A stretch of DNA of 64,000 nucleotides, from NCBI RefSeq assembly GCF_001194135.2, contig NC_068993.1:55281424-55345423 (forward strand), given 5' to 3'. The stretch is from Octopus bimaculoides (Eukaryota). The position numbers and the translations under genes were made by a program. A model generated the notes under the pieces. It searched no databases and was not told the origin of the DNA. It saw only the letters and a program-made list of their open reading frames with translations. Shown here piece after piece: positions 27,411 to 41,043 of the stretch; within the stretch, counting starts at the first letter, position 1; each line of letters begins with the position of its first letter.

Positions 27411-28199
27411 AGACAAAGCAGAGAATAAAATATCTATGACCAAGGCTCTGTGACAAAAAAAAATCCCCTACCTGCCCAAAATGGAGGTGATATCAAGGGT
27501 TGTTGTGATTTTTATAACAGAAATAACAAAATAACAGCCCCCCCCCACACACACATACACAGGCGCACAACCATCGTGTCTTTTATTCAGGTAGAATGTA
27601 TTTATAACTAAAATATCCAACGTGTACTCTCTATGTCACTGTTTAAGCTACAAGTCAGCCCTTATTCAGCAGACAAATAAGGATATTCCAGCTGCAGGAT
27701 ATCCTTTTTATTTCTATTCAGACAGTATATCTAGGGTTATGCTATGCAATGTATCTATTTATATTTAAAACAGTAAAGTTCACTTTGGTGGAGATTTAAT
27801 AATTATTTTTAGTAGGTCAAATAACTCTGTTGGCACCCATTAAAATTTCCTTTTATAAGTTGGGTGTGTCTATGTATTTTCAGATTGCTCCTATAGCTTT
27901 AAAAGTATATATACATGCTTTAAAATAGTGAATTAATGATCTAAAAGGAGTTGAGAGTTAGAGGCGAGATGAACTTAAGGAAGTGGGTCCAGCTAGCTGA
28001 GAGGAGCAGAGACTGTAGTAGTAGAAGTGAAGGAAGAGATAGAGAGAGGATACAGCACTGTTAGGCATCAGAGTTTGCACTGATGAATGAATGTTTGTCC
28101 TCTGTGGCGAGAGGCGTCTTTCTTTTTGTATGTTAGAAGGAGGTTAGTGTAATAAACTGACAGACTGGCTGTATAAGTGTGAGTGTGTATGTGTACGTT

Positions 28200-29145
28200 A
28201 AAGAAAGAGGGAGAGAGAGAGGTGTGAGCGACCACTTTCCCGCTTATAGAATTATTATAACACCCATAAAAGTCTGAAATAATACCTCTACAATTACTAC
28301 CACTTATATCAACACTACTGTTGCTACTGCCCTTCGCTTTTCTGGGCCTTTTCTACTTTGGATGGGCGGCGAAAGAATCGTTTGACCTTAGTGGAATTTG
28401 ACCTAGATGACATGTTTAAACAAGTTTGTTAGGCGGGGCGTCATTTTTATTGTATCAGGTTTAAAGTAGCAACGCGCACACCCACAAGCAACACATACAA
28501 TTTTACCTTTTAATTTAAAAATCAAAATTTTAAAAAAGAGGATCTTGATGCGAAAATCTAGGCATCAAAATAAAATAAAGTCTGAAGACATTATATCATT
28601 AAGAGCTCCAATTTTTATTTTATTATTATTAATGATGTTACACAGTTGAAGACCGGGTCTTCGGATGTTCCTATGTGACATTCCGAGGAATTTTGCTCAA
28701 TTTTCTCCGAGCTTTTCCCTTTAACTTTAAGTAGGAAGAAGAGAGGTAAAAACCTGTATTATTTTTTGGTCGTAATATGAAGACATTGTAAAATGGATCG
28801 TGTCAATCTATTGTTATTTATATTTCCCATAAGTTAAAACGAGAATACAACTGCAAGTTCGAAGCAAACGTAATACGAAAGTACAACTGATAATGTGTTA
28901 GCTCTGCAGGTGTGAAACGAGAGAGTTACTCAATCACATGGGAGTCGAGCAAATCTATTTATTAACTGTTGGGGACAGTCAACACAAATAAAGACCCTTC
29001 AACAAAATCTTCTCCTTGGTAATTCATGAATCGAGGCCCCTATTTTTATTCTTTATTTATCTATTTTACTTCCAGCGTGTATGAATTACTCTAGTTTATC
29101 CTGGTGGTTCGGTGTTTGGGTGTGAAAGTTCGGCTCTCGCGTACA
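28200..29145 (+). promoter_or_regulatory. Putative HECTD3 promoter / 5' UTR region
   Basis: Directly upstream of coding exon 1, repeat-poor, CpGs retained, GC-box-like GGGCGG (about 28364) and GGCGGGGCG (28432-28440). TSS cannot be determined from sequence alone. Confidence 0.4.
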
Positions 29146-29451
29146 ATGGCAGACGGCCTGAGCAGCTTGTTGGCCCGCATCCGCTGCTTGAATACATGTA
29201 TCCAATGTCTCAGACAAACCCGTCCCTTGCCCGACAGCCTGTGTTATGTTCCCAGCCAGCTGGAGTACAGGTGTGTACGGTCAAGAATCGTTGACAATGA
29301 CAAGAGTCCATTCTGTTCGGTGGACATATATACCAAACCAGACCTCAATAGTGACAAACTTCCTTTCTCGGAAGAACTTCTTCTTTCTCGTGTTGTCGCC
29401 TCTGGTCTCGAGTTTTGCAACTCTCAAGGAAGGTGGATTAAAGTTTTAAAG
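29146..29451 (+). CDS. HECTD3: HECTD3 orthologue, coding exon 1 (102 codons, ends phase 0)
   Basis: ATG in good context (acaATGg), in-frame TAG upstream at 29092. Encodes MADGLSSLLARIRCL...RPLPDSLCYVP...GLEFCNSQGRWIKVLK, resembling the HECTD3 N-terminus (LLGRVRFL...RPLPAALAFVP...GEELCNGHGLWVKLTK, from memory). Donor AAG|GTATTT at 29452. Confidence 0.9.
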
Positions 29452-29989
29452 GTATTTATTAATTAGAATCTCTCTCCCCCACCCCTTCTCTTTCTTTATC
29501 TCGTATACGTATAATCCGCAAACTGAATAAGTGTGTGTACTTTGATAGGTTGATTCCAACGTTTCAGCTGGACCCGTCTTTCTCGGCCCTGCTCGAAGCA
29601 TTAGAATCAATTTCTGCCAAGGCACATACACATTTGTTTTAGGAATTGCATTAACTATGTTTTTGTCGACCAAAACCATGTCTAGTTTCCTGGGACTCGA
29701 ATCTTTTTCCTTTTTTTTTTTATATTTGATATACATATTTGTCATATATACGTTTACCATTTCAGTTTGTAAATAATCTTTTAACTCTTTTTACCAATCT
29801 GAAATCGAAATGTTTTTATTTCGAGGTAAGTATGTAAAATATTTTTAAAAAACCCATCAAACAGTCGCAGCTTGGATGTGAGTCTCGCGACAGCAGTTCG
29901 TGACCCACCACAGGTACTCTACTGTGTCTGGATACAATTTAATTCGTCGTACCCAGTAGTAAATCGATACGATGGGAGGTGCGATCAGC

Positions 29990-32060
29990 TCGCTATAATC
30001 CGGTACAGTTAGAAAATGTGTCCGTACAGTACATTGTGTGGTGTTGTAGTTGTATGAGTATGTGGAAGATAAGTGTGGCAGTCAAAGCATACGTGGGAGA
30101 ATGGCAGTATGGGCATGTTGTGTGGTGTGGTAGAGTTGGGGTCTGATTTGTCGTGTGACAGTGTAGGCATGTGGTAGTGTAAATGCAACCGGCTGAATGG
30201 ACATGGTGTGTGGATTCTTGGCATGTGGTATGGTAATGTAGTGTAGCAGTCTTGATATGTTGTGTGGTATGGTTGTTTAGTGTGGCATTCAGGGTGCAAC
30301 TTGTGTGGTCATGTACAGTAGACTGGTAAGGTTTTATGGTTGTAGAAGTGTTGCAAATTGGGCATGTTTTCTTGATGGAGTAGTGTGTAATAAGATAGCC
30401 TGAGCATGTGGTGTTGTTGTCTATATATGGTGTAGTGATATAGTGTAGCAGTCTGGACATGTGGTAGTCCAGGTATGTCATGTGATTGGCATAGCAGGGT
30501 GGTATTTGGGTATGCTGTGTAATAATTTAATTGCAATGTAGCAATCTGGGAATTTAATGTGGTAGGGTGGTGTAAAGGCTTCAACATGTGTAATGTGATA
30601 GTCTGGTTATGTGATGTGGTGGTGTAGAGTGGCAGTTTCAACATGTGGTGTTGTGTATAGTTGGCATGTTGTATGATGTGGTCATGCAATGCAGGGTTTT
30701 TTTTAGTTCTAGAAATCACCTCAAAGAAGGACCATAGGCCACTTTTGGTATAAGTGAAAGAACTAATAAAAGATGGCAATAAAACACTTGATGAATGATT
30801 TAAATGAATATTAATATATGAATTGATAAAATTTTTTAAATGACAGAAACTGCCAACATTAGTTACCTGAACTTATTGAGATCGATATCATATTGTGCTG
30901 AAGACAAAGGTTATTCGTGAATTCAGATGTTCTAGCAAAAATCTTTGTGCATGCAGCTTCCAGTATGTCTGTGACATATCCTTCAAGCATAGACGCAGTT
31001 TGCTAAATTTGCCAAAGTGAATTCTGATGGGAAATTTCTAGATTGGTAGAATCAGGGAACAAAGCTCAAATGAAAGTAAAATTTTATAAATGTTAGAGTA
31101 ACTGGATTGACAAAAAGAGCTCATTACCAACTAGACTCTCCATTTAGTTCTGCAAGTTATCAAGAATAGACAGTACTGCATTGTTGGTGGATCTAGCTCT
31201 TGTAGAGATCCAGTAGATCTTCAGTTACAAATGTTCCTGAACAATAGACTAAAGTCATCATGCAGGAAATTAGGAAACTCAGCTGAAATTAAATGTGAAT
31301 GTAAGGTTTAATAATTTCTGCAAACGAAGAGACTCCTATTTCAATGGATATCAATCCAGTCCATTGAAAAATCCGGAATTTCTCAGTGGTAGTAGAAACA
31401 TATTAGATCATTTTTGTGGAAGATCCCTGGGGTACACCTGCAAGGATTTTATCAATATCAGAGAACTAGCTTTTGATAGCAACTTTCTGACTACCCCACC
31501 TGACCATATTGCATTACACTGCACTAAACCACATCATATACAACACACTACACAATATCATAATTAACAATACTGCATCACATTGTATCACACTGCACCA
31601 CATTTGTCCACATCGCATTACATCACGCTAGACCAATTCACATTGCTCCAAACTAGACCACATTACAGTACGCCACTGCAAACCACATCACTCCACCACA
31701 AAATAGACCACATTACATTACACTGCATTAAAGCACATAACACTAAACCACATTGCATTACCTTGCATTAGACTACATCACAATGCACCACAATGGAGCA
31801 TATTACATTACACCATTCTGGGCCACATCACACTGCACCACACAAGACCACATCTCATCAGGCTGGACCTCATTGCCTTACACCACTCCAGGCCACTTCA
31901 TATCACACCAGCCAGACCACATTACCTTGCACCACACTAGCCCACATCACATTGCACTGTAGTCGACCACGTCCCTCACCATATCACATACATTACATCT
32001 TGCTGCACTTCACACAATTCTACACTGCACCACATGACAAGACTCCACTCTACATCACGT
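29990..32060. repeat. Two degenerate pentamer-like satellites in opposite orientation: GT-rich 29990-30690 and CA-rich 31500-32060
   Basis: tgtgg/tgtag/atgtg units on the left, cacat/cacca/tacat units on the right, with about 800 nt of complex sequence between them. Confidence 0.7.
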
Positions 32061-33048
32061 AACATGTATTTCTATAAGTCCTCAAAAAATAACACCTACA
32101 CAATATGAGGAAAGAAGTAGTTCATTACCACCACAATTAATCTTATTGCTCCTAAATACACCACATCAGTACACATACATACCTTACAAAAACTAACTAC
32201 AACTCCTCCTCAGTTAACACTTCTCCAGGCATACGGCTACCACTACTACATGGCAAGTAATTATTCAGCTTTCTTCTAAAAATTTCCTTATCATTCTAAC
32301 AACAGATTCACAAAATTAAAAAAAAAGACGAAACAAAACAAAACATTTGCACAAACATCAAAAGAGCTCAGAAACAATTTATACAGAAAAATAAATCCAT
32401 ATCACTAAACTCAACAGCATAACAATCACTAACATAGACACTGTCGTAGAGACATCCAGCAATACCACAATCCACTAACATAGATTGCTAAAGTAAACAC
32501 CTCCAGTAACACCATAGTCACAATGTAGATGTTGCAATACTTTAATTCAATAATTTGTCAGTCACCAACATTTTCAATACAGTGCTTATATTCAACAATA
32601 CTACAATCACCAGAATAGCTACTGCAGTATATAGATTTGACAAAATTACTGTCATCAATCCTCCTCCTCATCATTTAACGTCTACTTTCCATAGCAGCTG
32701 GCAAACCGGAGAGCCACACCAGGCTCCAATTGTCTCCTTTGGCATGGTTTCTACAGCTAGATGCCCGTCCTAATGCCAACCACTTTACATGGCACCAGTA
32801 TGGCTGCTTTTTATGTGGCACCACTACAGACACGACACCAGCACAAGGTGCGTATTTTATGACACTAGTGGAGATGCCGAGTTGCTTGGAAGAATAAAAC
32901 CCTCTCCACTGAGAGAGGGAACCGAGGGAAGTGGTTGTGAGCCAAGTGAGAATAGAAGGACAAAGATAGTTGCCTTACTATAGAAGGGAAACAATGTCAC
33001 TACAGGACATGCACGCATTCAACATAATGTCACCAATGCAGTATTATA

Positions 33049-33338
33049 CAGGGTGAAATGGCTAAATTGTCGCTATCTTATATTTTTAATTTCATGCATG
33101 CACATTGTTTCTTTTTGATTTTGTTGACTACAGGGGACAGTGCAATCTAAGGACTTGTACTGAGAGTGATAAAAAGCAAACATCCAGTCAACATCATGGT
33201 GTTTGGAGTGATCACTAGTGATGGCGACGTTATGCCTCCATTCATCTTCCCACACAGCCTATGACTCAACATGGAGGCCTACATCAAGTACCCGGAGGAG
33301 ATAATGCTGCCCTGAGTCAAGAGGGTGGTTGCTGGAAG
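33049..33338 (+). mobile_element. Tc1/mariner (DD37D/maT-like) transposon remnant
   Basis: TA followed by CAGGGTG terminus at 33047-33055. 33166-33338 reads KHPVNIMVFGVITSDGDVMPPFIF...AYIK...EIMLP*VKRVVAG, typical of the region between the first and second catalytic Asp. Confidence 0.7.
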
Positions 33339-33339
33339 T

Positions 33340-34350
33340 TCAACACTTCTGATTTTGGTTGGTTGGTTTGAACATGTTCAACACAAACTAGGTGTAGTTT
33401 TCATAAATTTCAATATTGATAGCTATTACTCAAGTATATATATTTTTTTTACTAAATAAGGCCTTAATGTTTGCAATGAAAATGTCTTCTTTAACACATA
33501 GGGATATTGATATTATTCTAGGTGCTAGACACTTAGTTATACAGTTTGATAAGAAATTATGGACCAGGAAAGACAGAACTAATAACTTTGATTCTACAGT
33601 GGGATCCAGCAGCTCTGTGCAAGTCACAGATCTCATCAGAATATGTTTATTGCACGCCTTACAGCATAATTTCCCTGATCTTAGGTAATTTGTACCAAGA
33701 TGATGCATTGTTTATATTTCCTAACACTACTAAAGTGTATATTGAAAAGTCAAGGAAGAAATGAAAATTTTCTAGCAACTCTGGACTAGGAATTAAAGTA
33801 GAAAATAATTTTAGGATAATCGATTTCTTCAATGTCACCTTGGACCTTAACTATGGATTCTTCTATCCATACTACAAGATAACTGTTAATTTAATTATAT
33901 AAATCACTACTCCAATTACCCTAGAAGTATAATTAGTTTTATAGTAAATGGGGTCTCCACTAAAATTTGTTATTTATCAGCTAATGAAAATATCTTTAGG
34001 CAGCATTCTCAGTCTTCTAATGAGGTGCTCAATATGGCTAGTTACAAGGAGAAAATTACATCTAAATCTAGAGAACCCCTTAACAGTAATGGAGTAAGCA
34101 ACCATACTATTAGTTCTTCTAAATGTAATTCTGCTAACAACATTATCAAGAATATTATTAGTAATAATACCAGGAATATTAACAACAACAACAATAATAA
34201 TAATAATTGTAATAATAGTAATAGTAACAGAAATGCTCATAATTATCTGATGATAACATGATGAATAGGACATAAGCTGAAGGTGCTTGCAGTACAAGCA
34301 ACAGTAATAAAAGTAACAGTACTGATACTAATAAAACTGGTGATAGTTGT

Positions 34351-34390
<40 letters not shown>

Positions 34391-35642
34391 TCAACAACAA
34401 TAATAATCCTTTTTACTACAGGCACAAGACCTGGAATTTTGAGGAAGGGGGCAAGTTGATTACATCGACCCCAAAATCCAACTGGTTTTTACTTTATCGA
34501 CCCTGAAAGGGATGAAAGGCAGAGTCACCCTCAGCAGAATTTAAACTCAGAATGTAAAGGCAGATGCAGTGCTAGTAAGCATTTTTTCTGGCATGTTAAT
34601 GTTTCTGCTGGCTTGCTGTCTTAATAATAATAATTATAGAAATACTAGTGATATTAATAGCATTGGTAATAATAATAGTGACAGAAATAACAACAATAAT
34701 AATCATGAAAATAAAAGAGTATTTGTACCTGCCAAAGAAGTAGTTGACAGATATTACATAAAAGTGATATATTGTGGTATAACCCTTCATGATCTACAAA
34801 TATTGTGACATAACCGGCTAGGAACTTTTTCAGTATTTTGGAAAAAACACTTCCCTCCATCTAGCAGATATAGTAGAATCTTTAACAAACACAAGATTAA
34901 GCTCTCTTTTTCTACCATACTTAATCTAGCCAATCACATTGGTGTTATTTATAAGAATTCTCCCAATAATAGTAATAGCATAAACCCTTACAGGGATGGA
35001 ACCCAAACCCACTCTATCCATTTTGACTTCTACTGTACTTTCCAACACTCATTCAATATGAGGATACAACATTAATATTAGTGAATAAAAGTGGAGGAAC
35101 TGATGATGAAGATAATCCTTTCTAATATTGGCACAAGGCCTGCAATTTTGCAGGACGGGTCTAGTCACATTGATCCTAGTGCTTATCTGGTACTTATTTC
35201 ATCAACCCTGAAGTGTTTTGCCCAGTATGCTAATGATCCTGTCAGCTCACTACCATAATGATAATAATAATGAAAACAATATTAATAATGATAATAATTA
35301 CAGTAATAATAATACAGATGCTGTTGATTGGGTTAACATTGATATTAACTATAGAAATAGTGTAAGAAATATCCATCATAGGTGTAAGAATTTATGTAAT
35401 AATATTAATTATATTAATTTTGGGGGAGGAGTAAGTTGATTACATCAGCCCCAGTGCTCAACTGGTACTTATTTTAGCAGCCCTGAAAGGATGGAAAGTC
35501 AAGTCAACCTCAGTGGCAGTTGAATTCAGAATGTAAAGGCGAACATATAATAATAATATCAGCTATAATAATAATACTAGACATATTGGTATTAATAATT
35601 GTGATAATGGTTATGGTAATAATTATAACTGTAGTAGTAGTA

Positions 35643-35677
<35 letters not shown>

Positions 35678-36200
35678 CATAATCATTTTGGAGCACTGGG
35701 GAGACTAAATGATGCTTATACTTCCAGTATGAATTTTGGTAATGTAAGTGTTGATGGCATGACTAATGCGCATAATTCTTCTGATTATGACTGCATAATT
35801 GTATGAATTATGTAACCTTTCAATATTCTCATCCTGACATTAATTAAATTATGTAACTGTAAGAAGAGAATTTCTTGCTCTCTAGGAAATAAATGCCTAA
35901 CCAAAAACTGTATATAAGTGTCGTATTAGAACTAGTCTGCATTCATTCACTTATGTGGGTTTCACTTCGTCCATTTTTAAAGTAAGATTATGTAGTCATC
36001 TTCATATACTTAGGAGGAGAGATACAGCAAGAACAACACTCTCCATGAAGGTCTAGGACTTAAATGACGAAAATGTCAACTTTTATCTGATGTGAAACAT
36101 TGCTAGACGCACTAAACCAATTGTTAGTGGTAGATATGGTTGCAATTTCTGTTTAGAATTGTTGGAAATCTTAAAATATATGGTGAAATTATTAATGGAT
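33340..36200 (+). mobile_element. Degraded Penelope-like retroelement (RT, thumb, GIY-YIG endonuclease) in HECTD3 intron 1, interrupted by (AAT)n tracts and SINEs
   Basis: With frameshifts: WFEHV...FINFNIDSYYSSI (about 33370-33440), LLNKALMFA...FDSTVGS, LYQDDAL (about 33690), IDFFNVTLDL...HYSNYP...MASYKEKI (to about 34060), ILWYNP...HFPPSSRYSRIFNKHKIKLSFS (about 34770-34920), CNCKKRISC...C (35852), YVGFTSSIFKVRLCSH...CNFCLE (to 36158). Order and motifs match PLE ORFs. Confidence 0.85.
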
Positions 36201-37595
36201 CAGGTGAAATAAAGATCAGATACCTACATTCTATCCATAGAACTTTCTTATGCTTTAAACCAATTCTATAAAGTCTTCCTTGAGTGTTGGATATGTATCT
36301 ATTGGAAATATTAGTTCTGTTTTTTTTTTCTTTTCTGTTATTTTCTGGCCTCTCAGCTTGTGACTTCTTTGCAACTAAATAATTGATATCTGTAAATTTT
36401 AGTGCTGGTTCCATGTGACCCATACTGGTGTCACATATAGAGCACTCATACTGGTGTTGCATGAAAACCATCTGTGTTGGTGTCACATATTAAGCACTGT
36501 TGCTGGTGCCACATAAAAAGCATCCGGTACACTCTGTAAAGTGGTTGGTGTTAGGAAGGGACATCCAGCTGTAGAAACCATGCCAAAACAGACAGTTGGA
36601 GCCTAGTGTAGCTCTCTGACTTGCCATCTCCTCTCAAAATGTCCAACCCATGCCAGCATGGAAAGCAGACATTAAATGATGATGATATACTAACAAATTT
36701 GTAAATTTATATCTTTGACACTGCTTATTGAACCCCAGTGCTCAACTGGTACTTATTTTAGCAAACCTGAAAGGATGGAAAGCCAAGTCGACCTCAGTGG
36801 CAGTTGAACTCAGAATGTATACCAACAGTATTCTCTCTATTTGGTTTATCCTATTTTGCTTCTGTTATTTCTTTCCTCTCCCTTTTCTCTGAGTTTTCAC
36901 AGGAAACTTTCACAAATTTGTGGCTTTCCTTAAGTTTATTCTCCCTGAATTATAAATTAGCTGGACTTCCCTTAGTTCAAGTTGATACTCTATAAGCTCT
37001 GTAATAATTAATCAGAGCATTTTTATTAAGACTAATTAAGTGAACGAATAAGTAATGCTGGAATTTATTAGCCATGCCACTCCTTAATGTAGTTAACTTT
37101 AAAACAATATAACACTGTAAATGAGTTCTTTTTTTTTTTTTTTTGAGGAGAGTTGGCAGCTCTGTTCTTTGAACATGTTTTAATAATGTCAAATGTTGTA
37201 CTTGGCACCTGCTATCCACTAGTATACAAACATGCTCTGCCACTACCAACCTTCATGAATGAGATTACTAAGTTTAATGACATCTATAACTGTTCTTTAA
37301 TTCTCAACCTCATTCTGCTATCCACCACCTACATTGTTTGACAGTTTGTAGTCCCACCCAATTTACATTTCATAAATGTTGGTAATTCTGATTAGAAATT
37401 TTACTTGTTGGTGATCTGTTGATCAATCAGCATATCACTGCTTGCTTGTTTACTTGGTTAACCTGATGAGTTGAGAGTCGCATAATATTGTGTAATCCTG
37501 TGGTATGGCATCCCTGACTATACTATGCTTACAATAAAATCTCTTAACAAAAACAATTGTAGCAGTACCACATAACCCATTCATCTGCTTTTACT

Positions 37596-37705
<110 letters not shown>

Positions 37706-39224
37706 ATTCAACCAACCCACTGTCACCAGTGTAGACACTTTAGTACATTTATTCAACTTGCAATCACTAACACTACAATATATACTGTTAACAAATACAT
37801 CAGTTACCAACATTAGTGTATATACATTTACCAACATTGCAATCACCAATATAGACACATTCAACAGCACACCACAGTCACCAGTATGGACACTGCACAG
37901 CACATATTCAGCAACACCACAATCACCAATGCAGCTTTACCTAATTCAACTGCCCAACAATCACCTACATCAACATTACTATACATATTTCTGCATCATT
38001 ACAATCGCCAGCATAAAGACTGCAATATTTAGATTCAACAATATCTTAAACTGATGCTGGTGCCACGTAAAAAGCACTCTGTACACTTTGTAAAGTGGTT
38101 GGCATTAGGAAGAGCATCCAGTTGTAGAAACCATGTCAAAACAGACGATGGAATCTGGTGTGGCTCCTGACCTTGCCAGCTCTTGTTGCACCCATGCCCA
38201 CATGGAAGATGATGCTAAATGATGATGATGACAAACACCAAGAGAATATAATAGTATATACATTCAACTCTACCAATCTTACCAACATACATATTTTAAC
38301 ACAGTATCCTCAGCAAAGTTACAACCTGCAATACATGCATCCATCTATGCTGCAATCACCAATATAGGTGCTTCAGTGCATGTGTTATAAAATTATTATT
38401 GTAATTTATGGTCAGAGAGCTTTATTGTGTAGTTTAGTTGAAGACAGAGATCAGCAGGATAAAATGATTTGATTGGCTACAGTTGTGTTCTATAATGGAA
38501 AACTTTCTTTGGCAGCACATAACCAGAAATTAGCATATAATGAACATGCTGGAAAAGTAGCTGCTTCAATTTTCTTGTTAAATTTTCAATTCGGTCGAAA
38601 TAAATTGTGTTTTCGTTTTTCTACATTTCAAAATGAACATTTTCATTTTAAATGTTTTGCCTAACTTTTCCTCTATAATTTTTGTACATGCCTTTCTTAA
38701 ACGCTATAACTCTGTTATATTTAAACTCAGAATATTATTTAAATGTTTAACTGTCCCATGACTTGTTTCCATATTGGTTATTTCCTCTTCATAGTTTATA
38801 TTTTACCTCTTCGAAATCAGCTGCTACTAAATCATGTCATTTTCCTCCATTTGATGAAATATTTATAAATCAAGACACTAAACATGCACAAGTTTCAGTT
38901 GTGAAAAACAGTGGCAAGCAATGTCTATCTATCTACTTATAAACAATGAATTGCTAATATAGTCTTGATGCCTGTCCATCTTCTAATATTGAAAATTTCA
39001 TTTGAATTTTGACTGAATTACTGAGATGAGGAATTATTATTATACACTTCCTTCCTTGTAAAATGGGTTAGTGGCCGGAAGGGCGTCCAGCTGTTAAACA
39101 TTGTTTCAACAATACATATTTGTGTAACAATGCTGGCACGAAAAAAGAAATAGATGTTAAACAAACAAATGAACACACTGATGGATTCAGATTAGTTTCT
39201 TCACTTCATCATGATTGTTATGGT

Positions 39225-39268
39225 CACAGCATTTCAGCCATTGTACTTTCTAGTCTTCTTCAGTAGCC
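39225..39268 (-). ncRNA. Decayed hammerhead-like motif
   Basis: Minus strand CTGAAGA-A-GACT...GGCT-GAAA-TGCT-GTG: both core halves present. Stems are imperfect, consistent with CpG decay. Confidence 0.3.
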
Positions 39269-41043
39269 TTCTTGGTATCATAGGCCAAACCTTTATCAAT
39301 TCCATGCTGATGGTAGATTGTTCTCATTCTGTTGTCATACTATGAATATTAATAGTTATTTCCTTATTCGCTTGCTTGTTCAGTTTCAACTAGAGAATAT
39401 ATTGCTTGGCTAACCCAGAGATTGAACTAATGCCCACTAACTAATCTACTAAACTTAACCCTTAATCTACTAAATTACTAATCTATCAAACTTAACCCTT
39501 GACACTTATATCTATTATACCATTGATTTATTATCTTCTCTACAAGCAGCAGTACTTGGTCTTCGGGTGAAATGCTTAACGGTATTTCGTCTGTCTTTAC
39601 ATTCTGAGTTCAAATACCACTGAGGTCAACTTTGCCTTTCATCCTTTCGGAGTCGATAAATTAAGTACCAGTTGCATACTGGGTTGATCTGATCGACTGC
39701 CCCCCCCCCACCAAATGTCGGGCCTTGTGCCTAGAGAAGAAAAGATTATCATTATCATTACCTAAAGTAGTATTGGTTTCATATTTTAGCTCAAGGCCAG
39801 CAATTTCAGAAGAGAGGATAAGTTGATTATATCAACCCCAGTATTCAACTGGTACTTATTTTATTGAACCCAAAAGAATGAAGGGCAAAGTTGACTCTTT
39901 GCAGAATTTGAACTCAGTACATAACAACAGATGAAACACTGCTGAGCTTTTTGCCCAGCACGGAAATGATTCTGCCAGCTGACCACTTGACACCTGAAAT
40001 AAATATTCGTTATTATATTACATTATTTTACTCTTTTATTTGTTTCAGTCATTTAATCCTAGAACTTATTCTTTGTAAGCCTGGTACTTATTCTACCGGT
40101 GTCTTTTGCCGAACCGCTAAGTCACAGGGGCATAAACACACCAGCATCGGTTGTCAAGCAATGGTGGAGGAACAAACACAGACACACGAACATACACACA
40201 CACAAGAAAAAAAACACGTACACACATGTATGTGATGGGCTTCTTTCAGTTTCCATCTACCAAATCTACTTACAAGGCTTTGGTCAATCCAAGGCTATAG
40301 TAGAAGTCACTTGCCCAAGGTTCCATGCAGTGGGACTGAACCCAGAACCATATGATTTGTAAGCAAGCTACTTACCACACAGCTACAATCACCTAAAATT
40401 ATTACCTAATATATGTGTGTATGTGTGTGTAATCACAGGAATTCATAATATTTTAGACAAATTGCTAAATTGCTTTGAAATGATTCTTATAATCTTTGGT
40501 TGGTTCAGGAATATGGATTCTATTAGAATTGTTACATCAAGCTGAAGTTCAGAATAATGTCACATATTCTATGATGTTCTCCACAGAAATCTGTGTCTTT
40601 GTGAAAAATTTCAGTTACCCAATGGGAAAACTGTAACCAAACAACTTGGAATATACGCACATATAGTTACCTTATATATTAAGATAATCACTAATCCAGT
40701 GTCTTATAGGAATAATAGGATAGTGAACATAATGAATGCTATGAAATCATTGTTATTTGTAATATATCTTAGCTAAAAACTGACAGCCAGCAGTTTGCAG
40801 TAAATACAGACATGTTTATACTTGTACTTCAAATACTGAAGTTGATCATTTACATTGAATGAAATGACTTTTGGCAATTGTTTTTTTTACCACAGCATAC
40901 ATTCAGCAACGCCACAATCATAACATTTATATGACAGGACATACATTCAACAACTTAATCACCAATTTAGACTCTATAGTGTATACATTCACAACACCAC
41001 ACTCTCCTACATTATGTACATTCAATAGAACTACAACCACTAA

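Noticed and set aside
28383-28404. Two TGACCT half-sites suggesting a nuclear-receptor element
   Set aside because: Matches the family C SINE segment gtcgacctcggtggaatttgaac, so probably a SINE remnant. The 10-bp spacing is also atypical.
29993-32062. Several 90-162-aa His/Thr/Tyr-rich ORFs
   Set aside because: By-products of the degenerate pentamer satellites, which lack stop codons on the CA-rich strand.
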